This document shows positions 21,738 through 31,299 of a stretch of 64,000 bases of DNA, in pieces (the first letter of the stretch is position 1; each line of letters begins with the position of its first letter). The stretch is from an uncultured delta proteobacterium (lineage in GTDB: Bacteria > Myxococcota_A > Polyangia > Polyangiales > Polyangiaceae): the NCBI GenBank assembly GCA_963839305.1, contig CAWIUL010000011.1, positions 2,249,561-2,313,560 of the forward strand, written 5' to 3'. A model generated the notes under the pieces. The model made no database searches. It was not told the DNA's origin and saw nothing but the letters and a program-made list of their open reading frames with translations. Both the position numbers and the translations under genes were made by a program.

Positions 21738-22277
21738 TTACCGGAAGCGCTCGATGGCCATTTTCTGCCCGCTCGCGTCCACGTGGCAGAGGGCGTACTC
21801 GATCAGCTTCTGCGTGGTCCCGCTCGAGAGGAACGCGCTGAACGTCTTGTGGTCGCGTCCTTCGAGGCGCGCGTAGATCGCCCACGGGCTCCACGGAAGG
21901 CCGTTCGCGCGCGGGTCGGGCTTGGGCAAGCACATGAAGACGACGATTTGATCCGTGTCGGTCATCTCGACGGGGACCTCACCGCCGAGCACGTCGACGG
22001 GCGCGTCCGAGCCGATCCACGTCGGCGTCCCGAGCACGGCGCGCACGGCCGCAGCGCTGTCACCGGGATGGATGCGCGTGCGAAACGTAGCGAACGCGTC
22101 CGCGCACCGTTCGTCCATCGAGCGCCGTGGATCGTCGGCAATGGCGCGATGCGCCTGCGAGATTGCTGCGTCGCTCCGAGGAGGATCCCCAGCGTCGACG
22201 GGCGCAATCGCGACGGTCGCGGGCGAAGGAGTCGCCTGACACGCGCTGAGAAGGAGAGCGACCGAAGAGAGTCTCAC
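21738..22277 (-). CDS. lipoprotein, hypothetical
   Basis: GTG start giving (M)RLSSVALLLSAC lipobox. 179 aa. Confidence 0.5.
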   Translation of the reverse strand: MRLSSVALLLSACQATPSPATVAIAPVDAGDPPRSDAAISQAHRAIADDPRRSMDERCADAFATFRTRIHPGDSAAAVRAVLGTPTWIGSDAPVDVLGGEVPVEMTDTDQIVVFMCLPKPDPRANGLPWSPWAIYARLEGRDHKTFSAFLSSGTTQKLIEYALCHVDASGQKMAIERFR

Positions 22278-22507
22278 GAGGTCTTCTACGTACGAGGCGG
22301 CACAAATCATCTCTCGGTGTGACGTTCAGGCGGGGAGTATTTTTTTGTGGAGGGCCAATCTCTCGGTGGCCTGAGCTGCCGTCAATGATGGTGAGAACAA
22401 GTTCTTTGCGATGAATCGTTTACGCGCGCGGGCCGGGGCACGGGCTCACGTCCTGCGAGCGTGCCCGATGCGCATGCTGAAGACATTCAGAGCGCGGGGG
22501 TGACAAC

Positions 22508-22852
22508 TCAGTACGCGCAATAGAACCCGTTTGTGAGCCCGCCATCGCCGAAGTCAGTGAGGAACTGGCAATGGAAGAACGAGCAGCCGCCGGCTTTGTT
22601 GCAGTTGATGCCGCATGCTCCGCAATTCTCATTGTCGCTGAGCTTCGTGCATGTGCCATGTTGCGGATCACCGCAGCACGTTTCGCTGCAACACGACCCT
22701 CCACAGCAGTTTTGGTTGGGTCCACATTGTTCGTTGGACGTGCAGCCAGAGCATGCGGTGAGCGTCGATACGACCCGCAACGGCGAGCTGCCGGTCACGA
22801 CAAACACCACAATGAGCGTCGCGACGCCGACTGGCCCACGGCTGCGAAGCAT
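22508..22852 (-). CDS. small secreted cysteine-rich protein (22 Cys in ~75-aa mature part)
   Basis: Hydrophobic N-terminus VATLIVVFVV..STLTAC, then CSGCTSNEQCGPNQNCCGGSCCSETCCGDPQHGTCTKLSDNENCGACGINCNKAGGCSFFHCQF... Flanked by AT-richer non-coding DNA. Confidence 0.5.
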   Translation of the reverse strand: MLRSRGPVGVATLIVVFVVTGSSPLRVVSTLTACSGCTSNEQCGPNQNCCGGSCCSETCCGDPQHGTCTKLSDNENCGACGINCNKAGGCSFFHCQFLTDFGDGGLTNGFYCAY

Positions 22853-23138
22853 TCTGAACGTAGCTTAGCACCCGGTCTAAGGGCTCCAGTACCAAGCCGA
22901 ATCCCGTGTGCGACGGGAGCGCGAACGATGGTCCAACGAAGTTCACCGCACTCTTCACGAGCAGCCGCGAAACTTGATTCGGCAGTAATTCATGTGGCGC
23001 GTTTCGACTCCAGTGAACGCCACATTCGACCCACTCAACCGAAGTGCCGTGTGAGCCCGGCCCGTCAGGGCTGGGCTTACTGCTCCTTTCGCCCAGGCGT
23101 GTGCAAACCGCCACTGCGCTCCGCTGATCTCTCCATGG

Positions 23139-23158
23139 CCCCGGACTTCAGTCCGGGG
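23139..23158. terminator. GC hairpin ccccggac-ttca-gtccgggg immediately downstream of the minus-strand ABC-2 operon
   Basis: Perfect 8-bp stem with 4-nt loop, 50 nt after the stop at 23208. No clear U-tract. Confidence 0.25.
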
Positions 23159-23207
23159 TCACCCCACCACCCATTCTGATCTTCCCGATCTCCCTGTTCA
23201 TTCTCTC

Positions 23208-24803
23208 TCACCCCAGCGCCGCGATGAGCTTCTCCTTGCGGCGACGGAGCAAGTGCGTCGCGTGCGGCAAGAGCGCGCGCTGCGCGAAAACCGAAATCCC
23301 CAAGAGCGCCGCGGCGACGACCGGGCGCCAACCGGGCGCGCTCTTCGCGAGGACCGCGAACGCGACGCCCAGGATTCCGCCGAAGCCGAGCGACATGCCG
23401 AGCGCGATGAGCACCGCGCCGAGCGGGGTCGCGTTCGATTGCATGCGCTTGCGCGGCATCATGCGCGGCATGAGGACGCTCGTCGGACGACCCACGGCGT
23501 TTTGCACGGAGACCATCGCGAAGAAGACGAGCACGCCCGACGCGATCTCCACGATCGACGGGCGCTGGACGAGCACGAGGAAGATCGCGAGCGAAGCGGC
23601 TTGGAGCGTTTGATAGAGCAAGAGGCCGCGTGCCTTGCCACGCCAGATGTCGGCCTCCTCGATGGGCAAGAGCAGGAGCGCCTTCGTGCCGTGGGCGTCG
23701 AGGCCGAACTGATTGAGCTGGAATTGGCTTCCGAGGAGCGCGACGTAGATGAACGCGCCCGGGACGGCCCACGGCGCGCGGCCGACGAGCGCCGTGAGCG
23801 GGCCACGCACGAGGACAACGACCATGAGGGGAAAGACGAGCCCGAAGCGGCCGACGCGGCTGTCCAAGATGGTTGCAAACTGCAACCTTGCGACGCCCTG
23901 CGCGGCCGTGCGGAAGCTCCAGAGGCGCTCGCTCGGTTGATCGCCGGGGGCGTCGCCGGACACCTCGCGTTCGACGAGGTGCGCGGCGAGGCGCGCGAGC
24001 GCTGCGAGCGCCGCAATGGGGATCGCGTGGTACGCGAGCGCTGCGCCGATGCGGCCAGCCGCGAGAGCGCCGAGCGAGCGCGCGGTCCACGTCGTCGGCA
24101 GAAGGAAGGCGGCGCGCTCGAGCAGCCCACGCGCGCGTGACGCGTTCGTCAGCGCCGAGACCATCGGATCCGAAGACTGCGACGCGATAGGCACCATGGT
24201 CGCGAAGACGATGCCGATCGCGAGCACGATGACGAGCACGTTGAGCGCGAGGCGCAGGCGCCGGATGAGTCGCTCGGCGAGCGCGCCGACGAGGAGCTGC
24301 ACGACGAGCGCGGAGGCGACGCCCTCGATCACGACGAGCGGCAAGAGCGGCAAGAGCCGCCAGTTCGCGATGGCGAGGCCTCCGCAGAGCGCGATCGTCG
24401 CGACGCCGAGCACGATGGGCATGAGGTCGGCGGCGCTCGCGACGAGCTCGGCGAGGAAGATGGAGCGGAGCCTCACCGGATACGTTCGATACGACTCCCA
24501 CGTGAGCTGCTTGGCGCCGCTGATCGAGCCGCTCGTCGCGCCGCCGAGGTACGACATGCCGAAGAGGAGCGCGCCGAGGAGCGCCTCGGTGCTCGCGCCG
24601 GGGAGGCTCGCGCCGAACGCCCAACCGAGGCCGAGCATCGCGGCCCAGAGCGGCGCGAGGAACGTCGTGCCGATGAGCGCGAGGAACAACCCGAGCACCC
24701 ACACGCCCGATCGACCGAGCTCGCGCGTCGCGCGGTTGCGCGTCGCCTGGAGGTGAGCCGCGAGGAGCGCGAAGACCGGCCGCGGCGCGTTCACGCGAGC
24801 CAA
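23208..24803 (-). CDS. ABC-2-type exporter permease (polytopic, ~12 TM)
   Basis: 531 aa, highly hydrophobic. Overlaps the upstream ABC ATPase gene by 13 nt. Confidence 0.65.
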   Translation of the reverse strand: MARVNAPRPVFALLAAHLQATRNRATRELGRSGVWVLGLFLALIGTTFLAPLWAAMLGLGWAFGASLPGASTEALLGALLFGMSYLGGATSGSISGAKQLTWESYRTYPVRLRSIFLAELVASAADLMPIVLGVATIALCGGLAIANWRLLPLLPLVVIEGVASALVVQLLVGALAERLIRRLRLALNVLVIVLAIGIVFATMVPIASQSSDPMVSALTNASRARGLLERAAFLLPTTWTARSLGALAAGRIGAALAYHAIPIAALAALARLAAHLVEREVSGDAPGDQPSERLWSFRTAAQGVARLQFATILDSRVGRFGLVFPLMVVVLVRGPLTALVGRAPWAVPGAFIYVALLGSQFQLNQFGLDAHGTKALLLLPIEEADIWRGKARGLLLYQTLQAASLAIFLVLVQRPSIVEIASGVLVFFAMVSVQNAVGRPTSVLMPRMMPRKRMQSNATPLGAVLIALGMSLGFGGILGVAFAVLAKSAPGWRPVVAAALLGISVFAQRALLPHATHLLRRRKEKLIAALG

Positions 24804-25582
24804 GAGAGCTCCCCGACGCGCGCGCCGCCCACGAGCTCCACGAACGCCGCTTCGAGCGTCGTCCCTTTTCGCAGATCTTCGAGCGTCCCGAAGCCGAGGA
24901 GCTCGCCCTTCTCGAGGATCGCGATCTCCTCGCAGAGCTTCTCGACGATCTCGAGGATGTGGCTCGTCAGCAGGATCGTCGTGCCGCGCTTTCGCAGCGC
25001 CGCGAGGATGTCCTTGATCGTGCGGCTCGTGACGGGGTCGATGCCCTCGAACGGCTCGTCGAGGAAGACGATCTCGGGCGCGTGCACGAGCGCCGCGCAG
25101 AGCGCGACCTTCTTCTTCATGCCGAAGCTGTAGTCGGCGATGACCGTGCGCGCGCCTGGCACGAGATCGAGCTTCTCGAAGAGCTCCGCGCGGCGCGCGT
25201 CGACGACGTCGTCCTCGAGGCCGTACATGCGTCCGACGAAGCGCATGTACTGCGGGCCGGTGAGCATCTCGAGGAGCGCCATGTCCTCGGGCATCACGCC
25301 GATGCGGCGCTTCAGCGCGACCGCGTGCTCATCGAAGCTCTGATCGAGCAAGCGGATCGTCCCGCTCGTCGGCGCGAGCAGGCCCGTGAGCATCTTCAGC
25401 GTCGTCGACTTCCCCGCGCCGTTTCGACCGAGGAGCCCGACGAACGCGCCGGGCGCGATCGACAGCGAGAGATCGCGCACCGCGACCGTCTCGCCGAAGC
25501 GCTTGGTCACGTGATCGAGGACGATCGCCGGCGGGCGTGCAGGTAGCACGCCCGCATTCCCTCCCTCCGAGTCGGTCACCAT
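24791..25582 (-). CDS. ABC transporter ATP-binding protein
   Basis: MVTDSEGG.., Walker A GRNGAGKST, signature YSFGMKKK, Walker B VFLDEP, H-loop TSH. 263 aa. Confidence 0.9.
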   Translation of the reverse strand: MVTDSEGGNAGVLPARPPAIVLDHVTKRFGETVAVRDLSLSIAPGAFVGLLGRNGAGKSTTLKMLTGLLAPTSGTIRLLDQSFDEHAVALKRRIGVMPEDMALLEMLTGPQYMRFVGRMYGLEDDVVDARRAELFEKLDLVPGARTVIADYSFGMKKKVALCAALVHAPEIVFLDEPFEGIDPVTSRTIKDILAALRKRGTTILLTSHILEIVEKLCEEIAILEKGELLGFGTLEDLRKGTTLEAAFVELVGGARVGELSWLA

Positions 25583-26412
25583 TATGTGTAGTGTACAACG
25601 AGATCGAACAGCTCGTTCGGCGCGTCGACGTGGATCCAGTGGCCCGCGTTCGGCACGACATGGAGCCACGACGTGTCCGGCCACTGGACCGCGACGCGCT
25701 GCGCGCGCGCCCTCTCGCCGGTGTCGAGCACGTTCGATTTTCCGCCCACGACGAGGTGCACCTTCGTGGTGCGCGCCGGGTCCTCGAGGAGCGACCACAG
25801 ATCGCGCGCGAAATAATCGTCGAGGAGCGCGCGCAGCGCGGGCACGTCGACGCGCATGACGTAACCGTCGCCGTCGTCGGCCTGGCGCACGTTCATCGCG
25901 AGCCACATCGCCATCGAGCGCTCGACGCCTTGTTGCTCGACGTACGCGACGAACGCGTCGCGCGTCTCGAACCGCTCGGGGAGCGAGCCGATCATCTTCA
26001 CGATTTGCACCGTCGACTCGGACCCGCGCCGGTCCGGGCGAGCGCCGGGCGCGGAGTCGAGGATCCACGCGACGTCCAAATCCTTCCGCGCGAAGACGTG
26101 CTCGAGCGCGACCTTGCCGCCGAAGCTGTGGCCGAGGACGCCGTCGAACCGGCCGAGCTCCTCCTCGAGGGCGGCGAGGTCCGCGGCGCACGCCGCGAGC
26201 GTGTGGGGCGGCGGAAAATCTTGCGACGCGCCGTGCTTGCGCAAATCGATCAGCACGGCGCGCCAATCGGGCTTCGCCGCGACGAACCGCTTGGCGAACG
26301 TGCGCCAGTTCGACCCAGACCCGAGGATCCCGTGCAGGAACGCCATCGTCTTCGACGCGCCCCGCTCCTCCACGACCGTGTGGCCCAACATCACGGAACC
26401 TCCCGATTGCAT
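25582..26412 (-). CDS. alpha/beta-fold hydrolase
   Basis: FLHGILGSGSNW.., GHSFGG nucleophile elbow, ..NAGHWIHVD... TAATG overlap with the downstream ATPase start. Confidence 0.8.
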   Translation of the reverse strand: MQSGGSVMLGHTVVEERGASKTMAFLHGILGSGSNWRTFAKRFVAAKPDWRAVLIDLRKHGASQDFPPPHTLAACAADLAALEEELGRFDGVLGHSFGGKVALEHVFARKDLDVAWILDSAPGARPDRRGSESTVQIVKMIGSLPERFETRDAFVAYVEQQGVERSMAMWLAMNVRQADDGDGYVMRVDVPALRALLDDYFARDLWSLLEDPARTTKVHLVVGGKSNVLDTGERARAQRVAVQWPDTSWLHVVPNAGHWIHVDAPNELFDLVVHYT

Positions 26413-26467
26413 GGAGGGGAGCTCGAGGGGCTCGCCCCTCGAACATCAGCGGCCGAGCGAGAGATGG

Positions 26468-26752
26468 TCACTTCTTCTTGGTGCGTTCTTCGCGTTCCTT
26501 GCGCAAGTGCGCGACCTCTTCTTCGAGGGTGCGCACCGTACGCTTGAGGTCGTTCACCTCGTCCTCGGTCGCGAGCGCCATGGCTTTCGCGATCTTCTCG
26601 ACCTGCTCATTTCCGAAGGTCTGCACTTTCCCGGGCATGCTCATGGCCGTCATCACGGCCTTCATGACGCGCGGGTCCTGCATGAGCTTCATGACGCGCG
26701 GGTCGGTCATCAGCTTCATGCCACGATTCATCAGCGACTTTTTCAGGCTCAT
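26468..26752 (-). CDS. small protein with internal repeat and coiled-coil C-terminus, hypothetical
   Basis: MKLMTDPRVMKLMQDPRVMKAVM repeat. C-terminus EDEVNDLKRTVRTLEEEVAHLRKEREERTKKK. Confidence 0.45.
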   Translation of the reverse strand: MSLKKSLMNRGMKLMTDPRVMKLMQDPRVMKAVMTAMSMPGKVQTFGNEQVEKIAKAMALATEDEVNDLKRTVRTLEEEVAHLRKEREERTKKK

Positions 26753-26946
26753 CGATTTGTAAACTTACCCAAAAAACTTGCCAGCGGGCACGCTGCTACA
26801 CGATCGTTCGTTTTGAGAATGGCGAAGCCTGGTCTCAAGACTCGCGAGCGTCGCGCCGCCGTCGATCGGCGCAAGGGCGAGCGCAGGCAATTTCCGCCGC
26901 GTCCCGAGGGGCGAAGGCGCGGCGAAGGGCGTCGCGAGAAGGACGC

Positions 26947-28113
26947 GTGATGAGGCGAGTCGCGGCGCCCGACGTCGCAACCTCGTACCTTCGCTTCGCT
27001 CCGGCCTGCGAGGTTGCATTCGCGATCGCGCTGGTGCTCGGGTGTGGCAGCAAGGACGCCGCGCCGAGGAAACGTCCGCCTCCGCTCGTGGTCGTGGCGA
27101 AAGTGCAGAAGCGCGACGTGCCCGTCGAGGTGCGCGCGCCGGTCGACCTCCGGCCGCTCGCGCAGGCCGACGTCTCCTCCAAGACGCTCGGGTACCTCGA
27201 CGCGGTGCTCGTCGATCGCGGCGACGTGGTCAAGCGCGGGCAGCTCGTCGCGCTCGTGCGACCGAGCGATCTTCCCGATCAGCTCTCGACCGCGCGCGGC
27301 ACGCTCGCGCAGACGCAAGCCGCCGTGCAGCTCGCGCGCGCGAACCTCGAGCGCGCGCAGAAGCTCGCGCCGAGCGGCGTCATCTCGCAGCAAGATCTCC
27401 AGAGCGCGACGACCGCGCTCGCGACCGCAGAGGCTACGCAGTCCTCGGCGCAGGCCCAGGTCGGCGGGCTCGCGACGCGCCTCGGCGAGACGCGCATCGA
27501 GGCGCCGCTCGACGGCGTCGTCTCGGTGCGCAAGCTCGATCCGGGGGCGCTCGTCGGTCCGACGTCGGGTGGCACCGCGATCATGACGGTGGTCCGCGTC
27601 GACGTGCTCCGCGTCTTCATCGCGATCCCCGAGCGCGAGATCAGCGGCATCAGCATCGACAAGGAAGCGCACGTCGAGCTCGACGCGCTCCCCGGGAAAT
27701 CGCTGCAGGGCAAGGTCGTCCGCGTCGCGCCCGCGCTCGACCCGACGACGCGCACGCTCGACGCCGAGGTCCAGCTGAAGAACGACACGGGCGAGCTCCG
27801 CCCCGGGATGTACGGCATCGGCGCGATCGTGAAGGAGATCCACCACGACGTCCCCGTCGTGCCCGCGTCGAGCGTGCAGATCTCCGATCGCAAACACTAC
27901 GTCTACGTGCTCCTCGGCGACAAAGTGGATCGCCGCGAGATCCAGGTCGGCGTCGAGTTGGCCAACACGCTCGAGGTCCTCTCGGGCGTGACGTCGAACG
28001 ACGAGATCGTGACCGCCGGCATCGACGGCCTCTCGCCCGGCGCCGAGGTGCGCGTCACGCGCAACGTGGACCCCTTCACCAAAGCGTCCCTCGACGGCCC
28101 GGACGCGCACTAA
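26947..28113 (+). CDS. RND efflux periplasmic adaptor (membrane fusion protein), lipoprotein
   Basis: Lipobox LVLGC. Coiled-coil hairpin (QLARANLERAQKL...). Beta-barrel and membrane-proximal domains typical of the HlyD/AcrA family. Confidence 0.85.
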   Translation: MMRRVAAPDVATSYLRFAPACEVAFAIALVLGCGSKDAAPRKRPPPLVVVAKVQKRDVPVEVRAPVDLRPLAQADVSSKTLGYLDAVLVDRGDVVKRGQLVALVRPSDLPDQLSTARGTLAQTQAAVQLARANLERAQKLAPSGVISQQDLQSATTALATAEATQSSAQAQVGGLATRLGETRIEAPLDGVVSVRKLDPGALVGPTSGGTAIMTVVRVDVLRVFIAIPEREISGISIDKEAHVELDALPGKSLQGKVVRVAPALDPTTRTLDAEVQLKNDTGELRPGMYGIGAIVKEIHHDVPVVPASSVQISDRKHYVYVLLGDKVDRREIQVGVELANTLEVLSGVTSNDEIVTAGIDGLSPGAEVRVTRNVDPFTKASLDGPDAH

Positions 28114-28116
28114 GCC

Positions 28117-31100
28117 ATGTGGCTCACGCGGCTCGCGCTCCGGAATCCGATCCTCATCTTGATGATGTCGCTCATGGTGCTCGTCCTGGGCGCCGTGTCC
28201 GTGGATCGGCTCTCGGTCGATCTCTTCCCGTCGATCAACATCCCGGTCGTGCGCGTCGCGACCTTCTATACGGGCGCCGGACCTGCTGACATCGAGAAGT
28301 CGATCACGCAGCCCATCGAGCGCGCGGTCGCGGCGTCGCCCGGCGTCGATCGCGTCGAGAGCACGTCGAAGCAAGGCGTCTCGGTCGTCTCGGTCTGGTT
28401 CAACTACGACGTGAACCTCGACAACGCGCAGTTCGAGGTGCAGCAGCGCGTCGGCCAGATCATGAACACGCTGCCGCCGGGGATTCAGCAGCCGTTCATC
28501 CTCAAGTTCGACATCACGAACATCCCCGTCGTGCAGGTCGTCGTGCGCGGCGAGGGGCTCGACGAGCGCCAGCTCTACGATCTCTCGTACAACGTCATCG
28601 AGCCGCAGTTCGAGCGCCTCTCCGGCGTCGCGAGCGCGAGCGTCGGCGGCGGCAAGACGCGCGAGATCGAGGTCATGACGGACCGCGACAAGCTCCGCGC
28701 GCGAAACCTCGGCATCCTCGACGTCGTCAGCGCCGTGCGGAACACGAACCTCCTGCTCCCGAGCGGCGATTTGCGCACGGGCAACCTCGACTACAACGTC
28801 TTCACCAACACGCAGGTCGACTCGGCCAAGCCCCTCGAGGACGTCGTCGTGCAGGCCGCGAACCCGTCGCTCGCGGGCCAGACCGGCGCGTCCGTGCGCA
28901 TCGGCGACGTCGCGAACGTCGAGGACGCGACCGCCGATCAGTTCAACATCGTGCGCGTCAACGGCCAGCGCGGCGTCTACATCCGCGTGCTCAAGCAGCC
29001 CGGCGCGAACACGATCCAGGTCGTCGACGAGGTGCGCGACGCGATCAAGCACCTGCGCAACGTCCCGGCGAACGTGAAGTGCGACATCTCGTTCGACCAG
29101 TCGACGTACATCCGCGCCGCCGTGAAATCGCTCGAGCACGAGGCCGTCCAGGGCGGCGCGCTCGCGATCGCGGTCATCCTCATCTTCCTCTTGAGCGGGC
29201 GCGCGACCGCGATCGTGTCGGTCGCGATCCCGCTCTCGATCGTCGCGACGTTCGTTCCCCTCTATTTCACGGGGCAAACGCTCAACGTCTTCACGCTCGG
29301 CGGGCTCGCGCTCGCGGTCGGGCGGCTCGTCGACGACTCGATCGTCGAGCTCGAGAACATTCACCGGCACCTCGAGACGGATCCGAGCCGCAAGAACGCG
29401 GTGCTCAAGGCCGCGCAAGAAGTCGCGATGCCGATCCTCGTCTCGACGATCACGACGATCGTCGTCTTCTTCCCCGTGCTGTTCCTGCAGGGCGTCCAGC
29501 GGAATCTATTCTTGCCGTTCGCGATGACGATCAGCTTCTCGCTGATCGTGAGCTTCTTCGTCTCGCGCACGGTGACGCCGCTCCTTTGCTACTACGTGAT
29601 GAAATCGCACGTCGACCAGACGCGCTCGGGGATCACGGCTTTTCTCTCGCGCGCGTGGGATCGCATGGACGCGGTGTACGGACGCGCGCTCCGCTTCATC
29701 CTCCACCACCGCGCGATCTTGATCATCTCCGTGTTCGGCGCGTTCGGCGCGTCGTTCCTCTTGATGAAGAAGATCGGCACCGAGTTCTTCCCCGACAGCG
29801 ACGAAGGACAATTCCAGGTGATCTACCGCGCGCCGATCGGCACGCGCGTCGAGCGGACGGAGCAGATCGCCGAGCGCCTCGAGGCGACGGTGTCGAAGGC
29901 GCTCGAGAAGCCGCAAGGCGGCGAGAATTTCACGACGCTCCTCTCGGACAACGGCCTCCCCTACGGGCGCACGGCGATCTTCACGGCGAACACGGGCCCG
30001 CATTCGGGAAACCTCAACGTGAACCTCGTCGCCAAGTCCGAGCGATCCATCAGCGACGTCCAGGCGACCGAGAAGGTGCGCACCGCGCTCGGAAACGACT
30101 TCCCGGGGACGCAGATCTTCTTCTTCACCGGCGGCATCGTGAAGCGCATCTTGAATTTCGGGTCGCCCGCGCCGATCGACGTCGAGGTCGTCGGCTACGA
30201 TCTCGATCAAGCCTCGGTCTACGCGAAGCGGCTCAAGGGGCTCCTCCGGAACGCGACCGACGCGAGCGGAGCGCCGCTGATGGTCGACGTGGACGTGTCG
30301 CGCGAGGAGAACTACCCGGAGCTCGACGTCGTCGTCGATCGCGAGAAGGCCGGCGTGCTCGGGCTCTCCGAGCAGCAGGTCGCGCAGAGCGTCCTCGCGA
30401 CGCTCGCGGGGAGCACGCAGTTCTCGCCGGTTCCGTTCACCGATCCGAAGACCGGAAACGAGTACTACATCAACGTTCGCTCGGACGACTCGCATCGCTC
30501 GAACGTCGAAGATCTCGACGACGTGTTCCTGCGCAGCCCCTCGGGGAGCATCGTGCCGCTGTCGAACGTCTCGAAGGTCACGCGGTCGAGCGGGCCCGTC
30601 ACGATCGCGCGCAAATACCTCCAGCGCATCGTGGACGTGACCGCGAACGTCGCGCCCGGAAAGGACCTCGGCTCCGCGAGCGCGGCCGTGCAGAAGATCG
30701 TCGACGACAACCCACCGCCCGACGGCTTCACGGCGACGCTCGGCGGCCAAACGGCGGCGCAGAAGGCCGCGTTCGCCGGCATCGGCTTCGCGGGGCTCAT
30801 GGCGATCGCGCTCGTCTACATGGTGCTCGCGTCGCAGTTCAAATCGCTCGTCGACCCGCTCGTCATCATGTTCAGCGTCCCCATGGGCATCAGCGGCGTC
30901 ATGCTCACGCTCTTCGTCACGAAGACGACGCTCAGCGTGAACAGCGCGATGGGCATCATCATGATGGTCGGCATCGTCGTGTCCAACGGCGTTTTGCTCG
31001 TCGATTTCGCGAACGTGCTGCGAAGGCGCGGCATGCCGCTCTTCGAGGCCACGGTGCAAGCGGCGCAGACGCGCCTGCGCCCGATCCTCATGACCACGCT

Positions 31101-31299
31101 CGCGACGATCTTCGGCCTCTTGCCGATGGCGCTCGGCGTCGGCGAGGGCAGCGAGGCCAACCTGCCGCTCGCGCGCGCCGTCATCGGCGGCCTCGCCGTG
31201 TCGACCGTCGTCACGCTCTTCTTGATCCCCTCGCTCTACACGCTGCTCGATCGCTTCGCGCGACGCACGCAGCCCGACCAAGACGAGGCCGAGGCATGA
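28117..31299 (+). CDS. RND efflux transporter permease (AcrB/HAE1-like)
   Basis: 1060 aa. MWLTRLALRNPILILMMSLMVLVLGAVSV...; 12 TM plus two large periplasmic loops. Confidence 0.95.
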   Translation: MWLTRLALRNPILILMMSLMVLVLGAVSVDRLSVDLFPSINIPVVRVATFYTGAGPADIEKSITQPIERAVAASPGVDRVESTSKQGVSVVSVWFNYDVNLDNAQFEVQQRVGQIMNTLPPGIQQPFILKFDITNIPVVQVVVRGEGLDERQLYDLSYNVIEPQFERLSGVASASVGGGKTREIEVMTDRDKLRARNLGILDVVSAVRNTNLLLPSGDLRTGNLDYNVFTNTQVDSAKPLEDVVVQAANPSLAGQTGASVRIGDVANVEDATADQFNIVRVNGQRGVYIRVLKQPGANTIQVVDEVRDAIKHLRNVPANVKCDISFDQSTYIRAAVKSLEHEAVQGGALAIAVILIFLLSGRATAIVSVAIPLSIVATFVPLYFTGQTLNVFTLGGLALAVGRLVDDSIVELENIHRHLETDPSRKNAVLKAAQEVAMPILVSTITTIVVFFPVLFLQGVQRNLFLPFAMTISFSLIVSFFVSRTVTPLLCYYVMKSHVDQTRSGITAFLSRAWDRMDAVYGRALRFILHHRAILIISVFGAFGASFLLMKKIGTEFFPDSDEGQFQVIYRAPIGTRVERTEQIAERLEATVSKALEKPQGGENFTTLLSDNGLPYGRTAIFTANTGPHSGNLNVNLVAKSERSISDVQATEKVRTALGNDFPGTQIFFFTGGIVKRILNFGSPAPIDVEVVGYDLDQASVYAKRLKGLLRNATDASGAPLMVDVDVSREENYPELDVVVDREKAGVLGLSEQQVAQSVLATLAGSTQFSPVPFTDPKTGNEYYINVRSDDSHRSNVEDLDDVFLRSPSGSIVPLSNVSKVTRSSGPVTIARKYLQRIVDVTANVAPGKDLGSASAAVQKIVDDNPPPDGFTATLGGQTAAQKAAFAGIGFAGLMAIALVYMVLASQFKSLVDPLVIMFSVPMGISGVMLTLFVTKTTLSVNSAMGIIMMVGIVVSNGVLLVDFANVLRRRGMPLFEATVQAAQTRLRPILMTTLATIFGLLPMALGVGEGSEANLPLARAVIGGLAVSTVVTLFLIPSLYTLLDRFARRTQPDQDEAEA

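Noticed and set aside
18580-21876. 1098-aa plus-strand ORF rich in Arg/Pro spanning the lipoprotein and MFS genes
   Set aside because: It is a frame-shifted read-through typical of 70%+ GC DNA. The real genes, with signal peptide, heme motifs and MFS TMs, are in other frames.
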